Under the pieces are notes generated by a model. It ran no database searches. It was not told the origin of the DNA and saw nothing but the letters and a program-made list of their open reading frames with translations. A DNA stretch of 64,000 bases, from positions 208,506,001-208,570,000 of the forward strand of contig OX597814.1 in assembly GCA_951406725.2 (NCBI GenBank). Direction: 5' to 3'. The DNA comes from Octopus vulgaris (Eukaryota). The position numbers and the translations under genes are program-made. Below are positions 41,688 to 55,347 of the stretch, one piece after another; within the stretch, counting starts at the first letter, position 1; every line of letters starts with the position of its first letter.

Positions 41688-43269
41688 ACACACACACAGG
41701 CACATACACACACACACACATCTTCAGTCAACTTCTATCTTGGATATCTCCTCTCATCTCTCTATCACTCTCTCCTCTTTTCCTTCCCTTTCACTGTACA
41801 ATACTACTAGTATAAGTGAAGATGGAAATATGTTTCTCCTATTCTCTATACCATTCTCCTATTCTCTGTAACTCAACCTCCTCATCTCTCCACATTTAAC
41901 CTCTTCCATCCTTATTGCCCTGCACTTCTCACCTTTCACAAGGCATCAGACCTAAAAGAGTGCATCAGATCTACATGTACATTGTACATACAGATTTATC
42001 ATTAACCCTCTTATACTTTCAGTCAACACTCCCTCATCCTCAGGCCACTTATTGACAACCATTATATTACTCTTAACCATTTATCCATCTTTATTACTAT
42101 TAATCAGTATTTTTACCCTTCTACCTTCTTTCTCTAACTACACTATTCCTGCCATTACACTCCTATTCCCTTTCATTCACCAATCTATTATAGTTCTTCT
42201 TAGCTATTACTTTTCCCTCTATTCACCTCCCTAGCTATGTAGCTAGGTTTGAATATACACACCATGGAGTGGTAAGAATTCTGTAATCTTACATGGTACA
42301 AAGCAATCCTACTGATAGCATTGGTGTCACTGTAAAAATCCATCCAGGACACTCTGTAACATGATTGCTGCATGTGTGGAGACATGGGTATCAAGAGAAA
42401 CCTTTTTGTCCTGCCAAGGATATGAGAACCTCTTTAGTGTTGGTGCCAAGATAAAACACACCTAGTATCTTCTGTGAAGTGGTTCATAACAGACAGGGCA
42501 TCCAGCCATAGGAATGAAACCGAAAATAAAATTTAGAAGCAACATATGGCTTCTGACTTGTCTAGGAATGGCAGTTACTTTAAATAAAAACTGATTTGGA
42601 CTCTGACAATCTGTTCAATCCATGGAAAGTGGGTGTAAAACAATCTACTTTGATGTGGATATATGTGATAATAGATGGGTGTATGAATGGCAATGAACTC
42701 AAGAAGCTACGCAATATGGTTTTGAATCAAATAATTTCTTTCACTCACTTGCTATAATATATTGTCAATATATTTGATATTTCAGAGGAAAATATCCTGG
42801 ATGTAATACAAGCAAAATTACTGGATTTTATGTATTATTCTGATTTTGTTGTTACTTAAGGTTGTCACATCACCAGAGTAACCTTTGTATAGCAAACTTT
42901 CATGAAAGTAGAATCCTCAAACAAATTTTTCTTTCATGCTTGTATACTATAATGTTAATAGCATACAACTTCCTTTTCTAGTGCTGACAGAAAATCTTGC
43001 CGAAATCTCCTTACTTCCAACAGCTGTGATTTTGTTTCCTTCTTTTTATTCCTTCCCATCAACTCTCTTTGATGGAACCCATCATTGTTTCAACTAAATA
43101 CACGTACATGCTCACACACACAAGCAAACAAGGCACATATATATATATGTGTGTGTGTGTGTTGACATACGTACATATAAATATGCATTATATGTATGTA
43201 TTTGTGTGCATATGAGAGCACATGTCTGTGTGAACAAATGCATGAACGTTTATGTGAGTATGATAAGAC

Positions 43270-43560
43270 ACATAATAATGCTTGATGTTTTCCATAACAA
43301 ATATGACAATAGCCCATTAATAATTGCCATAGCAATATCAAATGACAATCATATCATACAGTAGTGAGTGGAAGGTTCTAAGAAATTACTCTGACTTCAC
43401 TATAGAATTGCAAACATTATGGCAATTAAGTATTGTGTCAATCATCCCATTTCCAACTGGCACAAATGGAACAACATACAACCACTTTTGTAAAGACTTT
43501 GACAGATTACATTTAAGAAGAGATAAAGACATGTTCCAGATAATAGCAATAATACTAAAA
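43270..43560 (+). mobile_element. Degraded R4/Dong-like restriction-like endonuclease remnant
   Basis: LIIAIAISNDNHI and KVLRNYSDFTIELQTLWQLSIVSIIPFPTG resemble LIIDIAIP.D.NI..EK..KY.DL.IEI.RLW...IIPI.IG. Confidence 0.6.
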
Positions 43561-43654
43561 CTGATATATATATATATATAATTAGGGCTTTCTTACACAG
43601 CACATATTCCTTTATTTCTTACTTCATACTTTTACTTGTTTGTCATACATTCCT

Positions 43655-44990
43655 TCATACATACATACATACATACATACATACGTGCATACATACATAC
43701 ATACATACATACATACATACATACATACATACATACATACATACATACATACATACATACGTGCATACATACATACATACATACATACATGCATACATAC
43801 ATACATACATACATACATACATACATACATACATACATGCATGCATACATACATACATACATACATACATACATACATACATACATACATACATACATAC
43901 ATACATACATACATACATACATACATACATACATACATACATACATACATACATACATACATACATACATACATACGTACATACATACATGCATGCATGC
44001 ATACATACATACATACATACATACATACATGCATGCATGCATGCATACATACATACATACATACATACATACATACATGCATACATACATACATACATGC
44101 ATGCATGCATACATACATACATACATACATACATACATACATGCATACATATATAAATATGTACATACATGTGTGCATACATACATGCATACATACATAC
44201 ATACATACATACATACATGCATGCATACATACATACATACATACATACATACATACATACATACATACATACATACATACATACAGATATACACACATAC
44301 ATACATACATACATACATACATACATACATACATACATACATACATACATGCATGCATACATACATACATACATACATACATACATACATACATACATGC
44401 ATACATACATACATACATACATACATACATACATACATACATGCATACATACATACATACATACATACATACATACATACATACATACATACATACATAC
44501 ATACATACATACATACATACATACATACATACATACATACATACGTGCATGCATACATACATACATACATATGTACATACGTACATACATACATACATAC
44601 GTACATACATACATACATACATGCATGCATACATACAGGCATGCATACATACATACATACATACATACATAGATGCATACATACATACATACATACATAC
44701 ATACATACATACATACATACATGCATACATACATACATACATACATACATACATACATACATACATACATACATACATACATACATACATACATACATAC
44801 ATACATACATACATACATACATACATACATACATACATACGTGCATGCATACATACATACATACATACATACATACATACATACATACATACATGCATAC
44901 ATACATACATACATACATGCATGCATGCATACATACATACATACAGACACACACATACACACATACATACATACATATACAAACATGTAC
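43655..44990. repeat. ~1.3-kb (ATAC)n tetranucleotide array with ATGC/GTAC variants
   Basis: Directly visible; produces the 459-480 aa YVCM/HTYI ORFs on both strands. Confidence 0.98.
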
Positions 44991-45115
44991 GTGCATACAT
45001 ACGTGCGTGCACATACGCGTGCACACATACACATGCATGTGTCTTAAATCACAGTGATACCTATTTATCAGCTAATAATTAATAGAGATGATCTTATTAT
45101 CATATTATATTAAAT

Positions 45116-46452
45116 AAGGCAGTGAGCTGGCAAAATTGTTAGCGTGCCAAGTGAAATGCTTAACAATATTTCATCCGTCTTTATGTTCTGAGTTCAAATT
45201 CCGACCTTGTCGACTTTACCTTTCATCCTTTCAGGGTCAATAAAATAAGTATCAGTGAAACCCTGTGGTCAATGTAATTAACTAGTCTATACTAGAAGGG
45301 AAAATTTCCCAGAAGATCTCAGGCCTTTTGCCTACAGTGGAAAGGATTATCATATTATATTAGTTACAATATTAATTTAAATAAAGAAGTATTATTACTG
45401 TTATCAATGATAAAGATAAGGTGGCTAGCAAGTTTACACTTTTACAGGCAAAATATAAGCTAAATTTAGATTCAGTAGGATATTTGAATACCACTTACTA
45501 TAATCAGAGCCATCGCTCCAAAACCACCAGTAACTCTCTACTAAGATACACACAGTCAATGCAATGAACATATTATATTAATGATTTCTTATATATAATG
45601 AATTTAATAGATATGACAATAATCAATTCTATCATAAGCACAAAACCATAAACTCTGCAAGAGTAAACAATGGATTATATTAGTTCTAGTACTTTATTTC
45701 AACAACCCAGGGAGGATGAAAAATAAAGTTGACTGTAGTAGTACTTGAACTCAGAACATAAAGAGAACTAAATGTAGCAAGGTATTTTATCTGGTGCTTT
45801 ATCCATTCTGCCGTAATAATAATCCTTTCTCTTTCGTCTGTTTTTACATTTTGTGTTCAAATTCCACCGAGGTCGACTTTGCCTTTCATCCTTTCAGGTT
45901 CAATAAATTAAGTACCAGTTGCATACTGGGGTCAATCTAATTGACTGACCCTCCTCCTCCAAAATTTCGGGCTTTGTGCCTAGAGTTGAAAAGAATAACA
46001 ATCCTTTCTTAAGGTGGCAAGCTGGCAGAAATGTTAGCATGCTTAGCAAAATGCATAGTGGTATTTCGTCTGTCCTTATGTTCTGAGTTCAAATTCTGCT
46101 GAGGTCGACTTTGCCTTTCATCCTTTTGGGGTCGATAAATTAAGTACCAGTTGCATACAGAGGTCAATCTAATCAACTGGACCACTCCCCAAAAGTTTCG
46201 GGCCTTGTGCCTAGAATAGAAAAGAATAATAATCCTTTCTAATATATACACAAGGCCTGAAATTTTGGGGAGAGAAGTAGTCAACTGAATTGGCCCCAGT
46301 GTTTCACTGGTATTTAATTTATCGACCCTGAAAGGATGAAGGGCAAAGTCAACTTCAGTGGAATCAACTCACAGTGTGGCAGTAGACAAAATACTGCTAA
46401 GCATTTTGCCTGGTGTGCTAATGATTCTACCAGCTTGCTGCCTTATTCTACC

Positions 46453-46485
<33 letters not shown>

Positions 46486-46715
46486 TTAATAATTTCTTTA
46501 TTGCCCACAAGGAGCTAAACATAGAGGGGACAAACAAGGACAGACAAATGGATTAAGTCGATTATATCGACCCAGTGCATAACTGGTACTTATTTAATCG
46601 ACCCCAAAAGGATGAAAGGCAAAGTCGACCTCGGCGGAATTTGAACTCAGAACGTAACAGCTGAAGAAATACCGCTAAGCATTTCGTCCAGTGTGCTGAC
46701 AATTCTGCCAGCTCA
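45116..46715. mobile_element. Cluster of about six SINE family B copies in both orientations
   Basis: Plus copies at ~45116-45350, 45830-46000, 46010-46240; minus copies at ~45640-45815 (degenerate), 46245-46443, 46490-46715. Confidence 0.85.
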
Positions 46716-46799
46716 TAGTAATAATTCTAATAAAGATTTCAAAGTTGGTTGTAAGCTATAAATTTTTTTTAGGTTCCAAAGTGGGATCAGGTGATTTAA

Positions 46800-47267
46800 C
46801 CCTTTAGCATTTAACCCAGATCATATTCAGCTGAAATAATCTACCTGCTTTATCGTCAAAGTGACCAGATTAAGCTTCTCACGTTTACCTTACAATGCCA
46901 GTGGCACGTAAAAAGCACCATCCGACCGTGGCCATTTGCCAGCCTCGTCTGGCACCTGTGCTGGTGGCACATAAAAAGCACCCACTACACTCACGGAGTG
47001 GTTGGCATTAGGAAGGGCATCCAGCTGTAGAAACACTGCCAGATCAGACAGGGCCTGGTGCAGCCTTCTGGCTTCCCAGACCCCAGTTGAACCGTCCAAC
47101 TCATGCTAGCATGGAAAGCGAACGTTAAACGACGACGATGATGATGATGATGATCATAAACTATCATGTCATTAAAATATCAAAGCTACAGGGCAATGCA
47201 TAATTAATTGATACCTATATGAATAAATAAGCATTACATTTGACAGAGAAAGCTGAATGTTTAAGGG
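46800..47267. mobile_element. piggyBac-type MITE interrupted by an RTE 3' fragment (~46893-47154)
   Basis: TTAA|CCCTTTAGCATT ... AATGTTTAAGGG|TTAA; homologous inverted copy at 50533-50752. Confidence 0.8.
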
Positions 47268-47947
47268 TTAATCAACCCCAACTATGAGACTGGTACACTA
47301 TTTTATGAAACCCAGCCAGATGATTGATACTATTGACTTTGGTAGAACTTGAACTTAAAACATAATGGGAAATAATTACAGGTTTGAGAAGACAAGAATT
47401 TTCAATAATGGTTAAAAACATACATAGCACCAAAGAGAGAGAAGAAGAGAAATTGAATGAGTAGGAAAAGTGAAAAGTTGTTCTACACAAATACTAAAAC
47501 CTGCATCAGCTTGTTTTAGTGACTTGACATTTAAAAAGACTGAAAGAAATTATCTAAAAAGACAACTACATGAACCAGGAGATAGTGATGAAAGATTACG
47601 ATGACAAAGAAAAGATGCAGACATTTGATGTTGGAGAAGAGTAGAAGAAACTGAAAAAAATATGTATATAAATATATAAAACAGTCAGGTAAAGAAATGA
47701 TGTAGGTGTTGTTGATTGAACTCTTTGGAAATTTACAGTCCAAATATTGACACCTGATAATAAAATATTGAAATTGTTATTTTCTTTAAACATTAAAAAT
47801 GCACATATAAAGTAAGAATATTATGCTGGTCTATATTTGGAATTGGGATTTTTGAATACAGACTTTAAAATCTTTCTCATTGAAAAGAGACAGTACCTGA
47901 ATTATGAATAGCAGAATAGCAAAACTATTTAATATTTCATTTATAGT

Positions 47948-47984
<37 letters not shown>

Positions 47985-48042
47985 TTTGTGTATGTATGCA
48001 TTTATTTATTTGTTATATTCGTATGTCTGTCTGTATTCTTTT

Positions 48043-48251
48043 ATTCTTTTATTCTTTTATTTGCTTCAGTCATTTTGACTGTAGCCATGCCGGAGCACCG
48101 CCTTTAGTTGAACAAATCGACCCCAGGACTTATTCTTTGCAAAGCCTAGTACTTATTCTATCGGTCTCTTTTGCCAAGTCACTAAGTTACGGGGATGTAA
48201 GCACACCGACACCGGTTGTCAAGCGATGGTGAGGGAACAAACACAGATGCA

Positions 48252-48292
<41 letters not shown>

Positions 48293-48402
48293 ACACACAC
48301 ACACACATACACACATATATATGATAGGCTTCTTTCAGTTTCCATCTACCAAATCCATTCACAAGGCTTTGGTTGGCCCAAGGCTATAGCAGAAGAGACT
48401 TT
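48043..48402 (-). mobile_element. SINE family A (head truncated)
   Basis: Matches the body and tail of the other copies. Confidence 0.85.
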
Positions 48403-48409
48403 GCTGCCT

Positions 48410-48600
48410 TCAACATGTCCACATAATGGAGACAAATCAATTATTAAGAGAAATACTCTATTCACAGCTGGCTAGCAATACAAGGGGCCAGAGTAGATCC
48501 TAATAGAGATGCAAAGATATGGTTAAACACAACAGAGGGGATGAAATTTTGATATCACAAGTGGACCATGGCAGCTGAGGACAGAAAGCTGTATGACTAT
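48410..48600 (+). mobile_element. Degraded RTE C-terminal remnant
   Basis: METNQLLREILYSQLASNTRGQSR..RCKDMVKHN..AAEDRK resembles RM...RLPKQ.LY.EL..G.R..GRP..RYKD..K...A.DR. Confidence 0.55.
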
Positions 48601-48942
48601 ACATTGGGATAGTCATCGATGACATCAACAAACAGCCAGTGAGAAAATATATTTATATATAGATCACTGTATTACTGATTTAACCAGATTATTGGGTGTT
48701 GTACATTGCTGCTCACAATGTGCTTCCTCACCTTGTCTCCACCTCACTATCTACGCAAGCAGGCAGGCAAACATTCCCCTGGATAAGACACCAGTCCATT
48801 GCAGAGCTACTCATAGCTGAGTGGATGGGAGCAACATGAAATAAAGTGTTTTGCTCAAGAACACAACACACAACTGGTCTGTGAATTGAAACCATGATTG
48901 CAAGATATTGAGTGCAACATCCTAACTAATAGGTCACACACC

Positions 48943-48987
<45 letters not shown>

Positions 48988-49617
48988 CACACACACACAC
49001 ACACATTGTTTGGGTCGAGTCTGTCCCTTGCTACTCTGAGTTTCACCTGTGGATGCACAGGATTTTCAGGCTAGTTATGACTCTATGCATGCATTTATAT
49101 ATATATGGGCCTCACAGAGGCAAGGTGGCTGAGTTCCTTTTGAGTGTTAGGCCTCACAGAAGCCATGACCGAGACCTTTGGCATTATGTCGTGCTCGAGA
49201 AGACCCATCAAGCTGAGCAAAATCGCAGTCGTAGCAAACACTGGTGTAATGCCAATAGGCACCTGTGCTGGTGGCACCCTGGTGTCATGCAAATGGCACC
49301 CAATTGGTGGCATGTAAAAGTACTCATTACAGTCTTGGTGTGGTTGGCATTAGGAAGGGCATCCAGCTGTAGGGCATCATGCCACATCAGACTGGAGTCT
49401 GGTGTAGCCTTCCAGTGTTAAATGATGATGATGATGATAATGACGATAATTAATGTACATAACTCTACAATTATTTATTTGAAAGTTATTAATTTAGATG
49501 AAAGGCAATGTTGGCCTCAGTAGGGTTTGAGCTTAGTACATGAGGAACCAGAAGGGGTAAGGATAAATTTTGGATGAAATTTGCAGAGCAGAAGAAATAT
49601 TCAATGGGGATGAAAAT

Positions 49618-49663
<46 letters not shown>

Positions 49664-49666
49664 GAC

Positions 49667-49747
<81 letters not shown>

Positions 49748-50532
49748 TTATAATAATAAAGAAAAATCTTGGAGTAGTTTTAGAAATAAATAGGCCAGAT
49801 ATGTAACTACAAGTGCTGAAGTATTATATGGGGTAAATCTTGATCTATTGATAGGAAAGTAAATAAGGAATTAAAACTTTGATAACGTATTAAAGAATCG
49901 ATTAAAAAATGATTAGATGAAGTTAGAAGATATATTAATGGTAAAAATAAAGATAGATCAAATGTGATGATACTGAGGATTTTAACATAAATATAATTGA
50001 TGGGGAGGATATAATATGTAAAATGTAATTAGGTGAAATATAATTAAATAAAATAGGATAATTGATTATAGTTCAATGGGCAAGAATACAGAATAGCATA
50101 ATAGAATATAGAATAAAAGAATATAGTATTAATTGAATGGTTATTATTATGAAGATAAAAACAAAATGAGTTAAGTAAAGAAAAGAAGAATGTATTTTAA
50201 AGAATGGTTGAGAAGGAGCCAGCATTATGTCTACCTTTAATGTTTCTTCTTACTTCATCTAATTGTTTTTATTGATCTTTTAAACACTTTATTGGAGTCT
50301 TAATTCATTATTTTTCTTATGAATAGGTCAAGATAGACTTCATATAACACATCAGCACTTTTAATGATGTAGCTAATACTTTTCACTTTAAACTTTACTC
50401 TATCTTTTATTATAACACCTCTGTTAATACTCACTTTTGCCTTATCTTTTATTTGTTTCACACATTGTACTGTGGCCATGCTGGGATATTGCCTTAAAGA
50501 GTTTTTGTCAAACAAATCGAATCCCAATTTAA

Positions 50533-50752
50533 CTTTTTAACATTCAGATTACTCTGTCAAATGTAATGCTTATTTATTCGCAATTTTTAAAAAAATAATC
50601 ATACATTTTCTCATAGGTCTGAGATTTCAATGATATGATTGTGTATTTTACACTGACATTGTAGGGTAGGTGTGAAAGCAGGATCCGGTCAGTTTGAACA
50701 TTAAACAGGGAGAGTATTTTCGCTGGATATGACTGGTTTAAATGCTAAAGGG
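50533..50752. mobile_element. piggyBac-type MITE inserted in a degenerate SINE A
   Basis: TTAA|CTTTTTAACATT ... AATGCTAAAGGG|TTAA. Confidence 0.78.
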
Positions 50753-51036
50753 TTAAGTTTGATATTTATTCTACTGGTCTCTATTGCTAAACCACTAAAT
50801 TATGGGGGCTTCATCCAGCACTAGTTGTCATAGGGTAGGGAGAAAACAAACACAAATACACACACACATGTATATGTATATGACTATATGTGTGTGTGTA
50901 TGTGTGTGTGTGTGTATTCGTATGATATATATATATATATACATAAATGTATTATATTGCATATTTTTATATATGTTTATATGCTTATGTATATATATAT
51001 AAATATGTAATATGTATGTATGTATGTGTATATGTA

Positions 51037-51088
<52 letters not shown>

Positions 51089-51314
51089 AAAGACCCCCTT
51101 CGGTCATGAGTGACCATGGGTTTGCACCTAGAGAGTTACCCTCTGAGGCACATATGTATGTGTATATATATGTGTATATATATGTGTATATATATATGTG
51201 TGTATATATGTGTATATATAAATATATATATAGATATATGTATGTATATATAAGTATATGTATATATATGTTCATCTGTGCATATATATGTGTATGTGTA
51301 CATATATGTGTGTG

Positions 51315-51361
<47 letters not shown>

Positions 51362-51734
51362 TGCATATTCCTCTCGGATTTCCTCCTTCCTCGTATCAAT
51401 GATGACTGAAACATGATGTTTTGTTGTAACGCAACCAGCTACACTCCCAATCAATGCATTATATAAAGATATATAGACATTTGAATACGGCAATATTTAT
51501 TTTTAGTTTTCCTCTGACCGACTTTGAATCACTACTACCATTTACATACAACTGGATTAGGATTAGTAAATACAATTATTCTTTCAATTTTTTGTTATTC
51601 TGTTTTTTTGTTGTTTTGTTTGTTTGTTTGTAATGACACCACAGTTATTACTACCGCTCTTGCTACTACTACTACCACTCTACTATTGTTGTTATAACTG
51701 TTGCTGCTGCTGCTACTATTTATTATTACTACTA

Positions 51735-52068
51735 GCGCATGGCTCAGTGGTTAGAGCGTCGAGCTTACGATCGTGAGGTTGTGAGCTCGAATCCCGGACC
51801 GGGCTGCGTGTTGTGTTCTTGAGCAAGACACTTTATTTCACATTGCTCCAGTTCACTCAGCTGTAGAAATGAGCTGCGACGTCACAGGTGCCAAGCTGTA
51901 TCGGCCCTTGCCTGTCCCTTGGATAACACTGGTGGCGTGGAGAGGGGAGGCCGGTATGCATGGGCGACTACTGGTCTTCCATAAAACAACCTTGCCCAGA
52001 CTTGTGCCTCAGAGGGTAACTCTCTAGGTGCAAACCCATGGTCACTCATGACCGAAGGGGGTCTTTTA
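51735..52068 (+). mobile_element. SINE family C (tRNA head, V-domain-like)
   Basis: A-box TGGCTCAGTGGTTAGAGC, B-box-like AGCTCGAATCCC, GTGTTCTTGAGCAAGACACTT; possible TSD TTACTAC. Older minus copies at ~48780-48940 and ~57960-58110. Confidence 0.85.
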
Positions 52069-52121
52069 CTACAACAACTACTATTACTGCAAATACTACT
52101 TATGATAAACCTTTCTACTAT

Positions 52122-52524
52122 AGGCGCAGGAGTGGCTGTGTGGTAAGTAGCTGGTTTACCAGCCACATGGTTCTGGGTTCAGTCCCACTGTGTGGCACCT
52201 TGGGCAAGTGTCTTCTACTATAGCCTCGTGACCGACCAAAGCCTTGTGAGGGGATTTGGTAGACAGAAACTAAAAGAAGCCCGTCGTATATATATGTATA
52301 TATATATATATGCGTGTGTGTCTGTGTTTGCCCCCCTAGCATTGCTTGACAACCGATGCTGGTGTGTTTATGTCCCCGTCACTTAGCGGTTCAGGCAAAA
52401 GAGACCGATAGAATAAGTACTGGGCTTACAAAAGAATAAGTCCCGGGGTCAAGTTGCTCGATTAAAGGTGGTGCTCCAGCATGGCCACAGTAAAATGACT
52501 GAAACAAGTAAAAGAGTAAAGAGT
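52122..52524 (+). mobile_element. SINE family A
   Basis: Full-length sense copy. Confidence 0.92.
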
Positions 52525-52734
52525 ATAGGCATATGGCCTGAAATTTTGATGGGGAGGGGGCTTGGTATAATTGACTACTTCAACCCCAGTGCTCAACTGG
52601 CCCTTATTTCATTCATTCTAAAGCGATGAAAGGTAAAGTTGACCTTGGTGGAGTTGGAACTCATAACATAAAGACAGACGAAATGCTGCTAAGCATTTTG
52701 TCTAGCATATTGAAGAGTCTGCCTGCTCACTAAA

Positions 52735-53127
52735 TCTCTCTATATATAAAGCTGAAGTTGTCTGTGTATGTGTGGCAGGTTTGGTAGCCTTCAACTAACA
52801 CTATCTCCTCCGAGACCCTGCGGCGCAAGTTGAACAAAATTGAGAGTATGATAGAAGGCTTGCTCTTCCTTCTGTAGAAGAAAAAATTCAAATCAGAACC
52901 ATGTTAACACCAAAAATTATTTACATAAAAAAGGTGCTTTTTTCTATGAAAATCCCTATTTTTTACGATTTTTTGACTGCTGTGTCACCATTTTTCGGAG
53001 TATTTCAACCAGAAAAATGTTCACTTAAAGAGAATAACAAGCTACATAAAGCAAAATTTTTACTTTTTAAAAATTCCAATTCTAAAGGGTTGAAACAAAC
53101 CTGAGCAACGGCGGGCAATACTGCTAG
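52735..53127 (+). mobile_element. Non-autonomous Helitron
   Basis: A|TC start, subterminal hairpin CCTGAGCAACGGCGGGC, CTAG|T end, no TSD. Confidence 0.9.
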
Positions 53128-53274
53128 TAATAATAAAAATAATCCTTTCTACTATAAACACAAGGCCTGAAATTTTTGGGGAGGGGCCTGGTGGATTATA
53201 TTACCAGTACTCAACTGACTCATTTTATTGACCCTGAAAATAAGTAGCACAAATGTACTAGGGTTGATTCCATT

Positions 53275-53815
53275 ACAGCACAATAATTGTCTAATAATTA
53301 AATGAAGCAGCTCCTTTAATGAACACTATGTTATTCCAACTAACCAAATGCCGTTTATTTTCAGTGCTTGTCTTATGTGTCTTATAACTAAGAGAAAGAA
53401 GAGAAAAGCAAGAAGTTTTACTTGACATGTTTTCAAAGACATTCATGAAACTTGTGAATAAATAATGGCAGAGAGAAGGTGGCACCAGTTGTCTGCACTT
53501 AGATTTCAACTGAAACAATCTTCATCGTAAAATTTAAATAAATAAAAAATAAAGCTGTGCTGAATTATTTCTTTCAATATGTTGAAAGAGACAGCACAAT
53601 AATTGTCTAATAATTAAATGAAGCAGCTCCTTTAATGAACACTATGTTATTCCAACTAACCAAATGCCGTTTATTTTCAGTGCTTGTCTTATGTGTCTTA
53701 TAACTAACAGAAAGAAGAGAAAAGCAAGAATTTTTATGACATGTTTTCAAAGACATTCATGAAACTTGTGAATAAATAATGGTAGAGAGAAGGTGGCACC
53801 AGTTGTCTGCTTAGA
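53275..53815. repeat. Recent tandem duplication (~229 bp, period 316)
   Basis: 53275-53503 and 53591-53815 are near-identical unique sequence. Confidence 0.95.
53365..53425 (+). CDS. Candidate terminal coding exon (end of TM helix plus basic tail)
   Basis: Branch-point-like CTAAC then TTTATTTTCAG acceptor; frame ACLMCLITKRKKRKARSFT*; AATAAA downstream. Duplicated from 53681. Confidence 0.3.
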
Positions 53816-54439
53816 TACACAAAATATGCAGTGGTATATAATGTGAAACTTAATACAGCAAAAAAAAAAAATAAATAAACAGAATAAAAGTAATTTAAAA
53901 AATAAGAAAAACATTTGTGAAACAAAGAATTCTCACTACAACATAGCTTTCTTATATACATACATATACTTATGAGCACATACATACACACACATACACA
54001 CATACACACGTACACACACATACACACACACACGTGCATCTCAGTGATATAATAATACATTTACTCTACTTGACATATTCAATATTCATAACTTTCTTTG
54101 ACTACTACTTGCAGACACAATACATATGTATATGTGTATATGTGTGTGTTTAGGAATATATATTATGTCAGCCTTTGAATTTTCCTATCAAAAAGTTTTT
54201 TAGCCCAATATTTACATGTTTTAATTTATAGTGTTATCTACTTTGAAATACACTATTAGAAACATTATTTTCATATATATGTATATATATATATATCATC
54301 ATCATTGTTTATCTAGTTTCAGCTCACTAGCATGGGTGGACGGATTGACTGATGACTGGTGAACCAGATGGCTGCACGATATATATTGATATATATATAT
54401 ATATGGTTGCCCTTCCTATATATATATATATATATATAT

Positions 54440-55043
54440 ATATCATCATCATCATTTAACATCTGTTGTCCATGCTGGATGTTGTGACCAGGGCTGGCAA
54501 GCTGGTAGGCTGCACCAAACTCCAGTCTGATTTGGCATGGTTTCTGAGAGTGTAATGGGTGCTTTTACGTGCCACCAGCACAGGTGCCATTTGCCTGACA
54601 CCAATTTTTTCTATAACTGCGATTTTACTTGTCTTGATGAGTCTTATTCTCAAGCATGACATAATGCTAAAGGTCTTGTTCATTGCCTCCATGATGCACA
54701 ACACTCAAAAGGAGCTCAGCCACTTTGCCTCTGTGAGCCCCAATGCTTGAAAGGTGCTTTTTATGTGCCACCGGCACAGGTGTCAGTTACATGACGCTAC
54801 CATCAACCACAATTACAATTTGAATTGGCTTGATGGGTCTTCTCAAGCACACCATATCGTCAAAGGTCTTGGTCACTAGTCATTGCCTCTTTGAGGACCA
54901 AAGTTCAAAGATCATGCTTTACCACCTTGTCCCATGTCTTCCTGGGTCTACCTCTACCACAGGTTCCCACCACAGTTAGAGATAAACACTTCTTTACACA
55001 GCTATCATTGTCCATATGCATCACATGACCATACCAGTGCAAT
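54440..55043 (-). mobile_element. RTE LINE 3' fragment
   Basis: Reverse complement of ~3800-4546; encodes LHWYGHVMHMDNDSCVKKC..RGRPRKTWDKVVKHDL. Confidence 0.88.
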
Positions 55044-55347
55044 TGTCATGGTTTCTGACTTATTTTAGCAAATAAAATAATTTGCTAGGCGAAGTCTTCG
55101 TCAACAGGTACGCCGAGATTAAACGTATAAACACGAGGCCAATCCAGCATGTGCCTCTTGCTTATACATTTTAATTTTTTCAAATCCACCGTGCAAATGC
55201 AGTTTTTTTTTTTTTTCGCAGCAAAAAGATGCCGTCAATTTCTTCGAATGAATCTTCCAGAAATCATTATACATAATTAATAATATCAGGGTAATAAGGA
55301 TTTCAGAAATTTTTTACTACACTGGTATATATATATATATATATATA

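Noticed and set aside
42786-42843. KYPGCNTSKITGFYVLF as the continuation of the FN3 exon
   Set aside because: Splicing from 29957 gives a stop (TGA) or the wrong frame, and the frame ends in a stop without a good donor. It would need two sequence errors.
43624-45082. 459-480 aa ORFs on both strands
   Set aside because: These are translations of the stop-free (ATAC)n microsatellite. The same applies to the HT/CV/YI/poly-residue ORFs elsewhere.
51735-51810. tRNA gene
   Set aside because: A/B boxes are present, but it continues into a SINE body and has dispersed degenerate copies. The same holds for the family A and B heads.
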